DNA of 64,000 bases, taken from Plasmodiophora brassicae (taxonomy: Eukaryota). How positions within the stretch are numbered: position 1 is the stretch's first letter; every line of letters begins with the position of its first letter. Location of the stretch: NCBI GenBank assembly GCA_036867785.1, contig CP145411.1:868001-932000 (forward strand), read 5' to 3'. A program made the position numbers and the translations under genes. This document shows, one piece after another, positions 62,671 to 64,000 of the stretch. A model generated the notes under the pieces. It was not told where the DNA came from, searched no databases, and saw nothing but the letters and a program-made list of their open reading frames with translations.

Positions 62671-63489
62671 GCGCATCGCTCCCCGCTTGTACTGAGCGAG
62701 CACTTCTGCGCGGACCTTGCTTTGCGTCAGCTCTCCGATGGGACCGCGCAGCATCGCGTTGACTAAGTCCTTGTACTCGGTGTATGGCAGCGAGATAAGG
62801 ACCTTCGTCGCCATGTCCGACTCAGTCTTCGTCCGATTCGGATCCGCCCGGGCCAGGTTGATGCCCAGGTCGCGCATCGCCGTCAGGTGCGCCTTGGTCT
62901 CCGTGAGGTCGGCGCCCGCCTTAAGCTTTGTTGTTGACAGAAGAATGTCGAACATCGCCAGGTCCGTGCCCGTTTGGCCGGAATACTCCGTCTGGATGGC
63001 GCTCCACGCCAGGTCCGGACGGTCGTCGGGTATGTCGAGTATCAAGGGAAGTTCGTCTTCATGCACGTTCTTCTTGATAGCGTACATTGCGTGGAGCCTC
63101 TCTTGCTCCGACGCCGGCTCTTCGTTGTGCCCGCGCGTCGCGGGCTCCACGGCCTTTTGCAGGCCCGACTTCTTGAGCATCGTCGTCATCGACGACGCCC
63201 AGACCAGGTAATTGTCCTTGCCCTTCAGCTGGACGGAGATCTTGATGCCGGACTCCTTCAGGCCCGTCAGCCTTTCCTTCTGCGCAGCTTCCAGCCGCGC
63301 CAGACGATCCTTGAGCGCCGCGTTCTCGCGCTGGCCGGTCCCGCTCCCGGCCGCCGCTGCTTGCAGACGTTCAACCTCCGCCTCCAGCCGATCCTGCTGC
63401 CGCTGGGCCTCGGACAGCGCAGCGCTTATCTGGGCGATCACGGCCTCTGCTTGGGCCAGGTCGGCTGGGATGCTTGGGATCGTCGCCAT
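62650..63489 (-). CDS. Copia Gag (capsid/UBN2-like), zinc knuckle absent
   Basis: LKGKDNYLVWASSM...KVLISLPYTEY...VRAEVL; the ATG lies right after the PBS; the ORF reads on into antisense RT to 62233. Confidence 0.85.
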
Positions 63490-63490
63490 C

Positions 63491-63510
63491 AGAGAGTGGG
63501 ACTCTTAATC
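63491..63510 (-). promoter_or_regulatory. Primer-binding site complementary to the anticodon arm of tRNA-Lys(CUU)
   Basis: Plus strand GTGGGACTCTTAATC abuts the LTR and resembles the tRNA-Lys(CTT) anticodon stem-loop GACT-CTT-AATC. Confidence 0.7.
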
Positions 63511-63690
63511 TGATTCAAGCAGTTCGAAGCGCTTAGGAAAGTGAAAGTCCCCAGTGTATCTAACGTGGGGGAAGCCGACGTCCCCATGACGTCGCACACA
63601 CAGTGGCACGGTCGCCACTGTGCACCAGTTGCGTCACGTCGTCGTGACTCATGGGTCGGCCACTGTCGCTAGCCTTCCCATTATGAATCA
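63511..63690 (-). repeat. 5' LTR (180 bp)
   Basis: Identical to 58960-59139; followed on the minus strand by the PBS and the gag ATG. Confidence 0.95.
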
Positions 63691-64000
63691 CGGACACGCC
63701 ACAATCACCTGTAAACTGGACGCACGACGTTTGCCCGCGAACCATGGACTGGGTGCTGGCGAACGTCGTCCATGTCAGTAAATCCAAATGTGGGCGCGGT
63801 CCCACTTCCCCGAATGCATGTGGACATGTTCTGCAGGGTGCTCATCGTTGCTGCGAAGTGCGGTCTGCTCAAGAACAACTACAGGAGAGTATCGTAATAA
63901 ACACCAGCGACGAACGAAAGTCATTACCGACGAAAGCGTCATGCAACGACAGGATCGGTGGACTCGTCGGCTTCGGCAATCTCTGACGATATCTGACATG

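Larger units (their letters stand above)
58960..63690 (-). mobile_element. Ty1/Copia LTR retrotransposon, 4731 bp, internally inverted, TSD CGGAC
   Basis: Identical 180-bp LTRs (TG...CA); CGGAC at 58955-58959 and 63691-63695; gag and RNase H on the minus strand, PR/IN/RT on the plus strand. Confidence 0.95.

Noticed and set aside
59146-63489. Two nested Copia elements in opposite orientation
   Set aside because: Only one LTR pair and one TSD; the domains are complementary and non-redundant, so an internal inversion fits better.
63691-64000. A gene interrupted by the Copia insertion
   Set aside because: The rejoined flanks give only short frames with no recognisable product.

Overview
Gene-dense eukaryotic DNA: GC-rich, with many ~50-60 nt GT-AG introns and very short intergenic gaps. 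Flagellar genes (CFAP54, STPG1-like), chorismate synthase and secreted LRR proteins fit a compact flagellated protist, most like a plasmodiophorid such as Plasmodiophora (inference only). About 22 protein-coding genes are visible, including housekeeping TAF6, NAA15, UTP21, FIG4, DnaJ, ABCB, ABCD, a mitochondrial carrier and an RNF4-like RING. The main highlight is a young Ty1/Copia element (58960-63690) with identical 180-bp LTRs and a CGGAC target-site duplication. It has three oddities: its PR-IN-RT core is inverted relative to gag and RNase H; a -1 frameshift signal (G_GAT_TTC, 6-nt spacer, 10-bp stem-loop) lies between protease and integrase; and its primer site matches a half tRNA-Lys(CUU). 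Other highlights are an apparent RasGAP-Furry/MOR2 fusion, a CH-MABP-Sec7-PH-FYVE protein lacking the catalytic Glu, a secreted SKP1-like-LRR gene built from 72-nt one-repeat exons plus an orphan LRR exon, and a 68-bp-arm hairpin. Domain calls come from motif recognition by eye, not database searches. Boundaries of spliced genes are approximate.
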